A program made the position numbers and the translations under genes. Positions 36,960-46,271 of a stretch of 58,481 nucleotides of DNA are shown here, one piece after another. The notes below the pieces were generated by a model. It worked only from the letters and a program-made list of their open reading frames with translations. It did not search any database and had not been told where the DNA came from. The stretch is from contig CAMPCJ010000003.1 of NCBI GenBank assembly GCA_946645685.1, positions 1 to 58,481 of the forward strand, written 5' to 3'. Positions within the stretch are counted from its first letter, which is position 1. Each line of letters begins with the position of its first letter. Origin of the DNA: an uncultured Clostridia bacterium (lineage in GTDB: Bacteria > Bacillota > Clostridia > Oscillospirales > SIG627).

Positions 36960-37682
36960 TTACGGTTCGATGCGAACGGGGGTAAAGGTGACGAAATCGG
37001 AAGAGACAAGGGAAAACCGGATGCCCTCCCATTCCTCTATCAGGGGCTTGTCGTCCCAGTTGTGCAAATGCCCGAAGTACACGCGCTTTATCCGGTGCTC
37101 TTTCAAAACGGCAAGGACGGGGTTTTCCCGCTGCGCCGGCGTCACAACGGGGTAATGAGAAAAGCAGATGATCTCTGGGCGCGATCCCGTTTTCCGTTCT
37201 TCTTCGTCTGCCAGCTTTTCCGCGGCGTCCAGGCTCATCCCGAAACGCAGGCTCTCCCGCCGCAGGACTTTTTCATCCGCTTCGGTCATCTTGTCTTCGC
37301 ACATCCAGCCCCGGGAACCGCACAAAATCTTGCCTTCTTCCAAAACGGCGTTGTTTTGCAGGAAGAAGAGGGAATCGAATCCTTCCCGCTCTTTCAACTC
37401 CTCCAGCTTTTTCAGGGAAGACCACCACAGATCGTGATTGCCTTTCATCAGATATTTTTTACCGGGCAGAGCGTGAATGAACGCAAGATCAGGCGTCGCT
37501 TCCTCCAGGGTCATTCCCCAGGAGATGTCCCCCGGTATCACCACGACGTCTTCCGGGCGCACCAGGTACTCCCAGTATTCTTTTATTTTTTTTTCATAGC
37601 CGATCCATCTGCCGCCGAACACGTCCATGGGCTTGTCCGTGCCGAAGGACAGATGCAGATCCGCCAGGGTGAATAAAGCCAT
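36960..37682 (-). CDS. Calcineurin-like metallophosphoesterase
   Basis: ADLHLS, GDISW, GNHD, HYP, GHLH. Confidence 0.92.
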   Translation of the reverse strand: MALFTLADLHLSFGTDKPMDVFGGRWIGYEKKIKEYWEYLVRPEDVVVIPGDISWGMTLEEATPDLAFIHALPGKKYLMKGNHDLWWSSLKKLEELKEREGFDSLFFLQNNAVLEEGKILCGSRGWMCEDKMTEADEKVLRRESLRFGMSLDAAEKLADEEERKTGSRPEIICFSHYPVVTPAQRENPVLAVLKEHRIKRVYFGHLHNWDDKPLIEEWEGIRFSLVSSDFVTFTPVRIEP

Positions 37683-37758
37683 ATAAACCTCTGCATAAAA
37701 CAAGCGTATAGGATGGATACTATTCTTGTCTACAATACGATCATTAAAGGAGAAAAAT

Positions 37759-37941
37759 ATGGATCATATCGTTTTACCGGATGCGGAAAAGCACATCGAC
37801 GGGATCGCCTGCAACGTCAACAGCTGCGTGTATCACAATCAGTCCCATCAGTGTACGGCAAAAGCCGTTCACATCGGACCCGTTCACGCCGAGAAGGTCA
37901 CGGATACCGTCTGCGGTACTTTTCGCAACAAGGATCGCTGA
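37759..37941 (+). CDS. DUF1540 small Cys-rich protein
   Basis: IACNVNSCVYHN…CTA..V.I…T.CGTF; AAGGAG RBS; a GCATA…GATACTA forespore-type promoter lies upstream. Confidence 0.85.
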   Translation: MDHIVLPDAEKHIDGIACNVNSCVYHNQSHQCTAKAVHIGPVHAEKVTDTVCGTFRNKDR

Positions 37942-37962
37942 CAGGGGAGGGCAAGCGCCCTC

Positions 37963-38346
37963 TTACATATTGAAAGCGCAGGGGGTGTACAACACGTGCA
38001 CCCTCGTTTGTTCTTTTTCATCCAGATAGATCTCCACCGCGTCGAAACGCGGGACAAGCCCTTCCGTGAGCACTTTTTCCTCCCGCATAAACTGCGTGGC
38101 GGCAAAATAAAGAGCCCTTCGTTTGTTTTCGTCGATCTTTAAAGCGCCTCTGCCGTAGCGCCTGGCGCTTTCCATCGTTCTGGTCTTCACTTCCAGGAAA
38201 ACAAGTTCGTCGTTTTCCCGCATGATCAGGTCGATCTCTCCGTGAAAGGTCCTGTAATTGGCGCGGATGAATTCAAAGCCCTTCTGTTCCAGATAGAGCC
38301 TGGCAAGGTATTCACCCCGGCGCCCCAGCTTCAATCGATCCATCAC
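37963..38346 (-). CDS. yraN: YraN-family (UPF0102) putative nuclease
   Basis: GRRGE..A..YL, GEIDLI, FLEVKTR, RFD. Confidence 0.92.
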   Translation of the reverse strand: MMDRLKLGRRGEYLARLYLEQKGFEFIRANYRTFHGEIDLIMRENDELVFLEVKTRTMESARRYGRGALKIDENKRRALYFAATQFMREEKVLTEGLVPRFDAVEIYLDEKEQTRVHVLYTPCAFNM

Positions 38347-38942
38347 TCGTGCAATTTTTTCAGAAAACTCTTTCGGTGGAGGGGACAGGGACCGAATTCC
38401 CGCAAAGCGGCGTAATGCGCCTTGGTGGGGTATCCCTTGTGTCCGTCAAAGCCGTATTGGGGGAATTGTTCGTGCATCTTCAGGCAGTGGCGATCCCGCA
38501 GCACCTTGGCGACGATGCTGGCGGCGGCGATGCAGGGAATGAGACCGTCGCCTTTGATCACGGCTTTTCCGGGCAGGGAAAAGGAACGGTTCACATTGCC
38601 GTCGATGAAGAGAAACTCCGGCTTGACCGTGAGCTTCTCCACCGCTCTTCTCATCGCCAGAAGGCTTGCGTTCAGAATGTTGATCTCGTCGATCTCCTCC
38701 GGGGACGCCTCTCCCCAGCTCCAGGCGACGGCGACGCGGGTCACTTCATCAAACAGGGCGTCCCGCTTTTTTTCACTGAGTTTTTTGGAGTCGTTCAGTC
38801 CCACCGGGATCACGCCGTCCGGCAGAATGACCGCGCCTGCGAATACAGGACCGGCGAGAGGACCGCGCCCGGCTTCATCCAACCCGCACACGACCCGGAT
38901 CCCTTCCGGCGTCAACTCCTTTTGCAGTTTATCGTCCATCAC
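38343..38942 (-). CDS. rnhB: Ribonuclease HII
   Basis: GLDEAGRGPLAGPV, DSKKL, KGD, AASIVAKV, HKGYPT. Confidence 0.97.
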   Translation of the reverse strand: MMDDKLQKELTPEGIRVVCGLDEAGRGPLAGPVFAGAVILPDGVIPVGLNDSKKLSEKKRDALFDEVTRVAVAWSWGEASPEEIDEINILNASLLAMRRAVEKLTVKPEFLFIDGNVNRSFSLPGKAVIKGDGLIPCIAAASIVAKVLRDRHCLKMHEQFPQYGFDGHKGYPTKAHYAALREFGPCPLHRKSFLKKLHE

Positions 38943-39808
38943 GCTTCCTCCAGGGTGATCCTGCCGATGGCGCCGCTTCTGAATTCATCCAGGATCATGG
39001 ACGCGCAGCGCTCTTCATCGATCTCTGCGCCCCGTTTCAGCATACCGCGCTTTTCCCCGATCCTCAAAAACAGCTCGTACGGTTCTTTTGAAAGATCCCC
39101 GTCCGTCAGACGATACCGCTCCCGGAGGGAGGCGGCGTAGCGGGAAAGCAATTTTTCACATAAAAAGACGGCGATCTCCACACTGTCTAAGATCTCGTCC
39201 CGAATGGCGCCGGTCATAGCAAGGTTCCGTCCGACTTCCTCATCCTCGAATTTCGGCCAGAGTATGCCGGGCATATCCAAAAGCTCCAGGTCTTTTCCCG
39301 CCTTGACCCATTGTTTGGTCTTGGTTACGCCGGGACGATTTTCCGCCTTGGCTTTTTTGGTGCCTGCGAGGCGGTTGATCAGGGTGGACTTTCCCACGTT
39401 GGGGATGCCTACCACCATCGCGCGGATGGGTCTGCAAACGCCCTTCTCCGCCAATCGATCCCATTTGTCCTTTAAAAGCTCCCGAGCGGCGGCTACGGCG
39501 TCGCCGATCCCCGATCCGTTTTTGCTGTCTATGGCGACGCACCGAACGGTGTCCGTGCGCAGGGACGACTGCCATTTTTTCGTTTGCTCCGGATCCGCCA
39601 GATCCGCTTTGTTCAAAAGGATCACGCAGGGCTTGTTTCCCAAAAGAGCGGCGATCTCCGGATTGCGGCTGCTTTGGGGGATGCGCGCGTCCAACAGCTC
39701 GAATACCATATCAACGTCAGCCAGGCTTTCCCGGATCAGCCGCCGGGTGACCGCCATATGACCGGGAAACCAGTTTATGGGATTCTTATTACGGTTCGTC
39801 TCATTCAT
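38939..39808 (-). CDS. rbgA: Ribosome biogenesis GTPase RbgA/YlqF
   Basis: WFPGHM, DARIP, NKADL, GIPNVGKST, PGILWPK. Confidence 0.97.
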   Translation of the reverse strand: MNETNRNKNPINWFPGHMAVTRRLIRESLADVDMVFELLDARIPQSSRNPEIAALLGNKPCVILLNKADLADPEQTKKWQSSLRTDTVRCVAIDSKNGSGIGDAVAAARELLKDKWDRLAEKGVCRPIRAMVVGIPNVGKSTLINRLAGTKKAKAENRPGVTKTKQWVKAGKDLELLDMPGILWPKFEDEEVGRNLAMTGAIRDEILDSVEIAVFLCEKLLSRYAASLRERYRLTDGDLSKEPYELFLRIGEKRGMLKRGAEIDEERCASMILDEFRSGAIGRITLEEA

Positions 39809-39851
39809 AGCTCTGCCTTCGATCAAGAAATTCTTTCCCCCATTGTATCAT

Positions 39852-39889
39852 AAGAGCAAGTGACTTTCAAGAAAAAATCACTTGCTCTT
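39852..39889. terminator. Hairpin between lepB and rbgA
   Basis: AAGAGCAAGTGA…TCACTTGCTCTT. Confidence 0.55.
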
Positions 39890-39934
39890 GGTTGTCATGA
39901 TTTCGGAAAAGGCGGTTTTAAGCGGCTTTTCCGG

Positions 39935-40870
39935 TCATTGAACGGGACCGAAAACGTTGAAGGGAAGATACCGCAGGATGACCCGACCCAGGATATACTG
40001 CTCATTGATCAAGCCGATCATATTGGAGCGGGAGTCGGCGGAATTATTCCGGTTGTCGCCCATAACGAAAACGTAATTGTCTTTCACCACAAATTCAAAG
40101 ACGCCGTTTTCGTCCGGCTGCATGCTTTCGCTTTCCATGGGACCGCTTTGTTTCAGAACGTAGGGCTCGTCCAGAAGCTGTCCGTCTACCCAAACCTGCC
40201 AGGTGTTGAAGTTGATGCGGACGCTCTGCCCGCCCAGGGCGATCACCCTTTTGATCAAAAACTCCTTACCGTCTTTGTAAGTGGGCGTGTGGACGACTAC
40301 GATATCCCCGATGGCAGGGGTATAAGCAAAGTCGGAAATGATGATCCGTTCGCCGCTGTGGAGCGTGTTATTCATGGAGTCGCCCACCACGGTGGATCCC
40401 CGGAACAGTACGGTGAATACGAAAATGACCAGAGCAAAGGACAGGAGAATGGACTTGATCCAGTCAAAAGCGCCGACGCTCGCGGGGATCCGCTCTTCCG
40501 GCGTTTCATCGGGCGCTTCGTCCGTGTGTTCTTCTTCCGCCGGCATCTCGAGAGGCGTATCTGCTTCCATTGATTTCACCGCCGCGAAGCTATCATCCTC
40601 ACTTTGGGTCTGCGTGTCGCGGGGGGGATCCTCCGTCGGCTCGTTGGGCTGCAGACTGCTGTTTTCGTCTTTTGGCTCGTCGGGAGTATTTTCGGAGGAC
40701 GTGCCGTCAAAAGAGCGGATCGCCCGTCTTGCCCGCAGAGGGCGGACGTATCTTTTCAAGTCGGAAGGATCGCCGGTGCCCCTGAGCTCATCCGCTTCCG
40801 CTTTTCCTTGCGCAGAAAAAACTTCGCCCTTCTGTTCCTGCTCCGGATCAAGATGTTCGTTTTCGTTCAT
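39935..40870 (-). CDS. lepB: Signal peptidase I with long acidic N-terminal extension
   Basis: GDSMNNTL, GDIVV, LIKRVIA, GDNRNNSADSR. Confidence 0.95.
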   Translation of the reverse strand: MNENEHLDPEQEQKGEVFSAQGKAEADELRGTGDPSDLKRYVRPLRARRAIRSFDGTSSENTPDEPKDENSSLQPNEPTEDPPRDTQTQSEDDSFAAVKSMEADTPLEMPAEEEHTDEAPDETPEERIPASVGAFDWIKSILLSFALVIFVFTVLFRGSTVVGDSMNNTLHSGERIIISDFAYTPAIGDIVVVHTPTYKDGKEFLIKRVIALGGQSVRINFNTWQVWVDGQLLDEPYVLKQSGPMESESMQPDENGVFEFVVKDNYVFVMGDNRNNSADSRSNMIGLINEQYILGRVILRYLPFNVFGPVQ

Positions 40871-40890
40871 GGCTTCTCCTGTCAATACAA

Positions 40891-40916
40891 AAGGGGACTT
40901 CAAACCAAGTCCCCTT
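40891..40916 (-). terminator. Intrinsic terminator after rplS
   Basis: AAGGGGACTT…AAGTCCCCTT followed by a T run on the - strand. Confidence 0.7.
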
Positions 40917-40983
40917 CAGCGTTTTCATGATCTCTCCCGATGAGCTGCTGTCGTAGCGACTCGGGCAGTTCCGATACGGTTTG

Positions 40984-41325
40984 TCAGATCTTCTCTTTGA
41001 CCTTGGCGGCCTTACCGACGCGGTCGCGCAGATAATAAAGCTTTGCTCTGCGGACTTTACCGGTGCGGATCACTTCCACCTTCTCCACGCGGGGAGAGTG
41101 CAGGGGGAAGGTCTTTTCCACGCCCACGCCGTAAGAGATTCGTCTCACGGTAAAGGTCTCGGAAATACCGCCGTTTCTCTTGGCGATCACGGTGCCTTCG
41201 TAAAGCTGGGTACGTTCCCGGGTCCCTTCCACGATCTTGTTGTAGACGCGAACGGTATCACCTACGTTGAACTTAGGCGCATCCGTCTTCAACTGCTCGT
41301 TTGTGAAAGCTTTGATCATATCCAT
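40984..41325 (-). CDS. rplS: 50S ribosomal protein L19
   Basis: [36 protein letters not shown]. Confidence 0.99.
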   Translation of the reverse strand: MDMIKAFTNEQLKTDAPKFNVGDTVRVYNKIVEGTRERTQLYEGTVIAKRNGGISETFTVRRISYGVGVEKTFPLHSPRVEKVEVIRTGKVRRAKLYYLRDRVGKAAKVKEKI

Positions 41326-41367
41326 ATCAAGCTCCTCCTTAAATAAAAGAATTTATTTAAGTATACG

Positions 41368-41408
41368 TACAAGCGTTCGTGCTGAAGCCGGCAGAGGACC
41401 GCTTGGTT
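41368..41408 (-). ncRNA. L19 leader (putative autoregulatory ribosomal protein leader)
   Basis: - strand CAAGCGGTCCTCTGCCGGCTTCAGCACGAACGCTTG: closing stem CAAGCG/CGCTTG with an internal loop, between the promoter and the rplS RBS. Confidence 0.7.
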
Positions 41409-41427
41409 TATATACCGTAACGGGGAG

Positions 41428-41456
41428 AGTATACCACGCAGAATTCAAAAATGCAA
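41428..41456 (-). promoter_or_regulatory. sigmaA promoter of rplS
   Basis: TTGCAT-17 bp-TATACT with extended -10 TG. Confidence 0.75.
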
Positions 41457-41473
41457 GTGTTTTTTCAAAAAAA

Positions 41474-42358
41474 TCAAGATTTTTCCGATAAAAAGGCTTT
41501 CAGCCGCCCTTCCCGTACGCCGCTGCGGGAAACCAGCGCCTCGTGCATCTTATAGTGCGCCAATATCTCCGTGAAGACCGCCACCGCGGGCGGCACCAGG
41601 CGGAAGCGCTCTTTGAGGATGGATCTGATCTTGGCGTGTTCCTCGGGATCTGCGTGATCGAAATGCCACAAAACGCTTTCCATCTGCTTGCGGGTGAGGG
41701 TCATATTGTTCTTCTTTTCCAGGGTGTTTTTATAGCAGAGGATCGCTTTGGCGCTGCCGCCGCTGAGGAGGATGGTTTTTCCCGGAAGTTCCGGCGCCGC
41801 GGCAAGGTGAGAGCGGATAAAGGCGCGGCAGGCGACCATATCGCCGCCTTTCCCCTCCGCGAAGAATTGATTGTAGAGCGACAGACAGCCCAAGGGCAGG
41901 GAAACGCTGTTTTCCATCTTTTTGCGACGGAATGCCAGGATCTCCGTTGATCCGCCCCCCAGATCTACCGTGATGCCCGCGGGGACGTTTCGGTTGCCCA
42001 TGGCGCCGAGAAAACTGTAATAAGCCTCCGTTTCTCCGGAGATGATCTCAAGGGTGATCCCCGTTTCCTTATAAACGCGCGCGATTGTTTCCGCGCCGTT
42101 CGTCAGTCCCCGCAGGGAAGCGGTGGCGAAGGCAATGGGGGCGGCGGGGGTGAGACGGGCGCTGATGGAAGTGAATTCCCGCAGCTGATCGATGAGTTTT
42201 CGAATCGCTTCCTCCGGCAAGAGTCCGTCAACGACGGAGGCGCCGAGGCACAGGGGTACCGCTTTGAAGAAAACCGGGGCGGAGGAAAAAAGCTTCTCCT
42301 CGTCCAATACCGCGAGCTTTACGGTGTTGGAGCCCACGTCGATAATGGGATACAGCAT
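41474..42358 (-). CDS. ppx: Ppx/GppA-family exopolyphosphatase
   Basis: IDVGSNTVKL, FATASLR, IISGETEA, DLGGGSTE, SGVREG. Confidence 0.92.
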   Translation of the reverse strand: MLYPIIDVGSNTVKLAVLDEEKLFSSAPVFFKAVPLCLGASVVDGLLPEEAIRKLIDQLREFTSISARLTPAAPIAFATASLRGLTNGAETIARVYKETGITLEIISGETEAYYSFLGAMGNRNVPAGITVDLGGGSTEILAFRRKKMENSVSLPLGCLSLYNQFFAEGKGGDMVACRAFIRSHLAAAPELPGKTILLSGGSAKAILCYKNTLEKKNNMTLTRKQMESVLWHFDHADPEEHAKIRSILKERFRLVPPAVAVFTEILAHYKMHEALVSRSGVREGRLKAFLSEKS

Positions 42359-42498
42359 AAAATGTCTCTTTTCAACTTACTTTAGCATTATTTTACACGG
42401 TTTTACCCTTGAAATCAAGAGTCGATGTTGAGAAACGAAAAAATATAAGCGATCACGCATATACTGGAGCATCCTGCTTGAAAACCGGGAGGTACGTT

Positions 42499-43194
42499 AT
42501 GTTGTTTGATTTTATAAGATTTGCCATGTCCCGCGCGGTTTTTTTGTATTTGCGTGTCATGAACGGAGCCGCCTTTCCTCCGCCCTTGAAGCGGGAGGAG
42601 GAAGAAAAACTGCTTGTCCGCTTGAAAGAGGGCGACAGGGACGCGCGGGATCAGTTGATCGAGCGCAATTTGCGCCTGGTCGCCCACATCATCAAAAAAT
42701 ACGACACCGCGCCGGACGTGCAGGAGGATCTGATCTCCGTCGGGACCATCGGTCTGATCAAAGCGATTGACTCATTTGATCTGACACAGGGCGCCCGCTT
42801 TGCGACCTATGCCGGAAAGTGCGTTCAGAACGAAATATTGATGTATTTCCGCGCTCAGAAAAAGTTTTCCTGCGAAACCAGTATGGGAGAGACGCTGGAA
42901 ATTGATAAGGATGGAAATCCTCTGACGATCCTGGACGTATTGAAGGTGGACGAAGACGTGGTGGAGAAGATCTACCGCAGGGACTCCATCCGATTGACGA
43001 TGGAAGCGGTAAATACCGTCCTGGATCCCAGAGAAAAAAAGATCATTCGCGCCCGGTACGGGCTGGACGGGAGGGCGCCCATGACGCAAAAGGTATTGGC
43101 GGAGCGCTTTTCCATATCCCGCTCCTACGTTTCCCGCCTGGAAAAGGGCGCTTTGGAAAAGATCCGCGCGTATCTGACGGAAAAGCAGGGATAA
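42499..43194 (+). CDS. sigK: Sporulation sigma factor SigK (uninterrupted)
   Basis: Hydrophobic pro-sequence, FPPPL, LIERNLRLVAHIIKKY, NEILMYFR, DKDGN, ISRSYVSRLEK. Confidence 0.93.
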   Translation: MLFDFIRFAMSRAVFLYLRVMNGAAFPPPLKREEEEKLLVRLKEGDRDARDQLIERNLRLVAHIIKKYDTAPDVQEDLISVGTIGLIKAIDSFDLTQGARFATYAGKCVQNEILMYFRAQKKFSCETSMGETLEIDKDGNPLTILDVLKVDEDVVEKIYRRDSIRLTMEAVNTVLDPREKKIIRARYGLDGRAPMTQKVLAERFSISRSYVSRLEKGALEKIRAYLTEKQG

Positions 43195-43196
43195 GT

Positions 43197-43225
43197 TCAT
43201 ATTCTTTCCCCGGTTCGCATAAGGT
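43197..43225 (+). promoter_or_regulatory. sigmaE-type promoter of the sipL-like gene
   Basis: TCATATT-N14-CATAAGGT. Confidence 0.55.
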
Positions 43226-43275
43226 TTACAAAAACGTGCGGCCGGCGGAAAGGCGCCGGGGAATAGGGGGAGAAC

Positions 43276-44844
43276 ATGGCTACAGATACGTTTGACAGAG
43301 TCTGCGAAATGAATTATGGCAAACTTTGGTCCGGTCAGGCGTCATGCCGGGTGGAGAATGAGTGGGTCTTGCCGGACTATAAGGAAGCTTCTCAGCGCCT
43401 TTTGCGGGTGGACGCGGACCCCAGGATCACCGGAAAGAGTGTTTACGTAAAAGGGCAGGAGATCGTCTGTGAGATTGAAGGCGAGGTCTACCTGGAGGCG
43501 CTGTATCTGCCGGAGGGAGAGGGAGGAGAGGAAAACGTAGCGTCCTTCGACGCCACGGAATCCTTTTATCACACCTTCCGGACGACCTTGCCTGCGGGAG
43601 AGACGCCGGATCCGGAATATATCACGGCGATTTGCGAGGGTGTGTGCGAGAGCGTCAGCGCCCGCCTTTTGGGTCCTCGCCGCCTCAGCGCGAAATGCGA
43701 CGTGGCGTTGACTCTTACGCTGAAAAACAACCGGGAGATCCCGTGCTTTACCGAAGACTTGCCCGCCGACGTGGAATTCAAAACGGAAGAGACGGAGACT
43801 GTTGTCCTGGCGGAAAAGATCGACCAAACGCTGGAATTGAAGGAGATTCTGACGCTGCCCGCCGCGTATCTTCCGATCCGGGAAATGATCGATCTGCATT
43901 TTTCTCTTTTTGCATCTCACGTCAAAATCGAAAACGGCGCGGTGGATTTCACCGGTCATCTGACCATCAACGCTTCTTATGCGCCGGACGGGGAAGACGG
44001 TCTGGTCAGCTTTTGTCAGCCCATCGAGTTTGAAAAAAGTATCGGAGCAGACAAGGCGGTTCAAGGCGACCTGTGCGATATAGCCCTCACGCCCGTTTCC
44101 ATCCGCAGTTCCGTTGAAATGGGTGAGAGCGGAGAAAACAAGGATCTCGCGCTGGAGGTTGTCTATCAGGCGGAGATCAGCCTGTTCAAACGGCAAAGGA
44201 ACCGGATCGTTACGGATCTGTTTTCCGTGGAAACGGATCTTGACGTAACGACGGAAGAGAGGGTCCTTTCCGTCCCGGCGGCGATGCGCGCCTTCTCCCG
44301 GGAAGTGGTGGGAGAGATCCCCTTGAAGCATCCGCCTTTTACCCGGGCGGAAAACGTGAGAGCCACTCTTCGTTTTCTGGATTCCTTCCGGGAAGGAAGA
44401 AAACTCTTTGTACGGGCGGAGGCGACGTTGAAATACTTAGCCCTGGGAGAGAGCGGAGAAGTATCCGCGTTTGAAGACGTGATGGAAATGAAGTTCGATC
44501 TCCCGGATTTGCCCGATCTTTCCGAGGAAGATGGAAATATCGAGCTTTCCGGCGGTGTATCCGACGCCGTGATCTCTCTGAGGGAAGACGTGATCGACGT
44601 GCGCCTGGGCGTTTTCGGAAAGGCGGTCGTATATCGGGAAACCAAGATCGTGCCCGTTGTTTCCGTTGAACGAAAAGATCCTTTGGAAAAAGGAAAGAGC
44701 GGGCTTTTGTTCTATTATCCGGACGAAGAGGAAAGCCTTTGGGACGTTTGCAAAAAATGCCGCGCCAGAGTTTCGGAGGTGCGCGGGGAGAACAAGCTGG
44801 AAGGGGAAGAGATGCCGCCTGTTTTGCGGATCATCTGCCGGTAA
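43276..44844 (+). CDS. sipL: SPOCS/DUF3794 + LysM spore coat morphogenetic protein (SipL-like)
   Basis: LPDY….RLL N-terminal SPOCS motif, three repeated beta domains, degenerate C-terminal LysM (ESLWDVCKK…N). Confidence 0.75.
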   Translation: MATDTFDRVCEMNYGKLWSGQASCRVENEWVLPDYKEASQRLLRVDADPRITGKSVYVKGQEIVCEIEGEVYLEALYLPEGEGGEENVASFDATESFYHTFRTTLPAGETPDPEYITAICEGVCESVSARLLGPRRLSAKCDVALTLTLKNNREIPCFTEDLPADVEFKTEETETVVLAEKIDQTLELKEILTLPAAYLPIREMIDLHFSLFASHVKIENGAVDFTGHLTINASYAPDGEDGLVSFCQPIEFEKSIGADKAVQGDLCDIALTPVSIRSSVEMGESGENKDLALEVVYQAEISLFKRQRNRIVTDLFSVETDLDVTTEERVLSVPAAMRAFSREVVGEIPLKHPPFTRAENVRATLRFLDSFREGRKLFVRAEATLKYLALGESGEVSAFEDVMEMKFDLPDLPDLSEEDGNIELSGGVSDAVISLREDVIDVRLGVFGKAVVYRETKIVPVVSVERKDPLEKGKSGLLFYYPDEEESLWDVCKKCRARVSEVRGENKLEGEEMPPVLRIICR

Positions 44845-44911
44845 AACGCAAAAAGCAGCCCCGTCGCGATCCATTTCTTCGGGCTCCGCAGCTGCGGGAG
44901 CGAAGCAACAG

Positions 44912-44943
44912 AAAGCCTCGTCAAAATCATTTGACGAGGCTTT
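44912..44943. terminator. Bidirectional terminator hairpin
   Basis: AAAGCCTCGTCAAA-atca-TTTGACGAGGCTTT. Confidence 0.8.
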
Positions 44944-44990
44944 CATAAATGTCTGGTAAATATGCCGTCGGAGCGTTTGCGGGCGCAGGA

Positions 44991-45185
44991 TCAGTGAACA
45001 GACCAATAGGACCAGCCGTCATCCTCCGGAGAGATGCCGTCCACGGGAGCGGCGGGCTGCGTAGGTGCGGCTTTTTCCGTAGTTTCGGTCGCGGCGGTGG
45101 CGGTCTCTTCCTGCTTCTTTCCGCAGGAGACCATGACGGCGGCCAGCAAAAGAATGACTAAGAGTATGGGAATGATCCGTTTCAT
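44991..45185 (-). CDS. Small lipoprotein (64 aa)
   Basis: MKRII…MVSC lipobox, T/A/E/P-rich linker, aromatic C-terminus; GAAAGG RBS. Confidence 0.75.
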   Translation of the reverse strand: MKRIIPILLVILLLAAVMVSCGKKQEETATAATETTEKAAPTQPAAPVDGISPEDDGWSYWSVH

Positions 45186-45284
45186 GCTTGTACCCTTTCT
45201 CCGATCGATCTCGTTTTCTCTACGGTAACAAGTATATACGGAGCATGGGCTTTTGTCAAGATGAAAATGCCTGTGTTTCGCCCG

Positions 45285-46148
45285 TCATTCCACGGTTTTT
45301 TCTTCCTGTACGTCCTCCAGAGGCAGGGTGGGCTCTCTGGTTGCTTCCGGGTTCGTTTCGGGGTAGAAATCCGTCAGGGGAAACTCCATGGAGCGAAACA
45401 GGGTGCAGGGATCCGCGTCGTCGAACTCATACTCTCCGCAGCCGGTGGGAATACTGCTGTCGCAAGCGGGCACGATGATCTGCGTGGGGCGCTCGATGCG
45501 GATCATGGAAAACAGTCCCAGGGTGATGAACAAGACCTTGTTGCCCGGAACAGCTTGTGCAAACCGACCGGAGAATTCATCGGCGATCTCCTGCGGCACG
45601 GCGTCGCATTCGCAGAAGCAGTTGCCGAAGCTGCGGCTCCTGTCAAAATCCACGGAACTGAGCCGCAGCGCCACGGGCTCCGCAACGTCCAGAACGATGT
45701 GCGGATCCCTGGACGCGTGCCGAAAACCGCTCTTTCCCGGTACCAGATCGGTAGAGAAAGAAGAAATGCGCCCGGTGCCGCCGTAGAGCATCATGCTCCG
45801 ATCATATACGGCGAGCCCGGCAGTTTCCTGTCCGGTGCCGATCCCGTTGCTGCATTCCAGAACGCAGTGAAAATAATAGCGGATGTTGACACGGTAATAC
45901 CCTTTGTGAAACGGCGTTTCTTCCGTGTCGATCTGCGTCCAGGGGATCCGGACGTCTCGGATCCTCACGGTGGCGGCGCTGTCTACCATCGCCTGGCCAT
46001 CCTCGGGCAAGAGAATTAAAAGATCTTCCAGACAGTCCTGCTGACGGCAGGAATCAAAAATCCGATACGTGTCGATGGATCTGGAACCGTCGTCCCGCTG
46101 GGTGTGCCCACAAGCGGAGCGTCTGTCGAGATTGCTTTTCGTAATCAA
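45285..46148 (-). CDS. Conserved Cys-containing clostridial protein, candidate spore coat/exosporium component
   Basis: IDTYRIFDSCRQQDCLEDL, LGLFSMIRIER..Q..VP, DPCTLF..MEFP; TTG start with GGAGG RBS. Confidence 0.7.
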   Translation of the reverse strand: MITKSNLDRRSACGHTQRDDGSRSIDTYRIFDSCRQQDCLEDLLILLPEDGQAMVDSAATVRIRDVRIPWTQIDTEETPFHKGYYRVNIRYYFHCVLECSNGIGTGQETAGLAVYDRSMMLYGGTGRISSFSTDLVPGKSGFRHASRDPHIVLDVAEPVALRLSSVDFDRSRSFGNCFCECDAVPQEIADEFSGRFAQAVPGNKVLFITLGLFSMIRIERPTQIIVPACDSSIPTGCGEYEFDDADPCTLFRSMEFPLTDFYPETNPEATREPTLPLEDVQEEKTVE

Positions 46149-46177
46149 TGTATCTGCCTCCCGTTCGATTGATACTA

Positions 46178-46206
46178 TAGCCTATGCGCCTTGGGCGGGA
46201 ATGTGT
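46178..46206 (-). promoter_or_regulatory. sigmaK-type promoter
   Basis: ACAC-16 bp-CATAGGCTA matches AC-N16-CATAnnnTA. Confidence 0.55.
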
Positions 46207-46227
46207 AGAAAAAAACGATTTTGTAAT

Positions 46228-46261
46228 AAAAAAAGAAGCAAGCGAAAGCTTGCTTCTTTTT
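46228..46261 (-). terminator. Intrinsic terminator
   Basis: AAAAAAGAAGCAAGC-gaaa-GCTTGCTTCTTTTT. Confidence 0.88.
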
Positions 46262-46271
46262 CATCACTTGA

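Noticed and set aside
42499-43194. skin-like element interrupting sigK
   Set aside because: The reading frame is continuous and full length; no recombinase is nearby.
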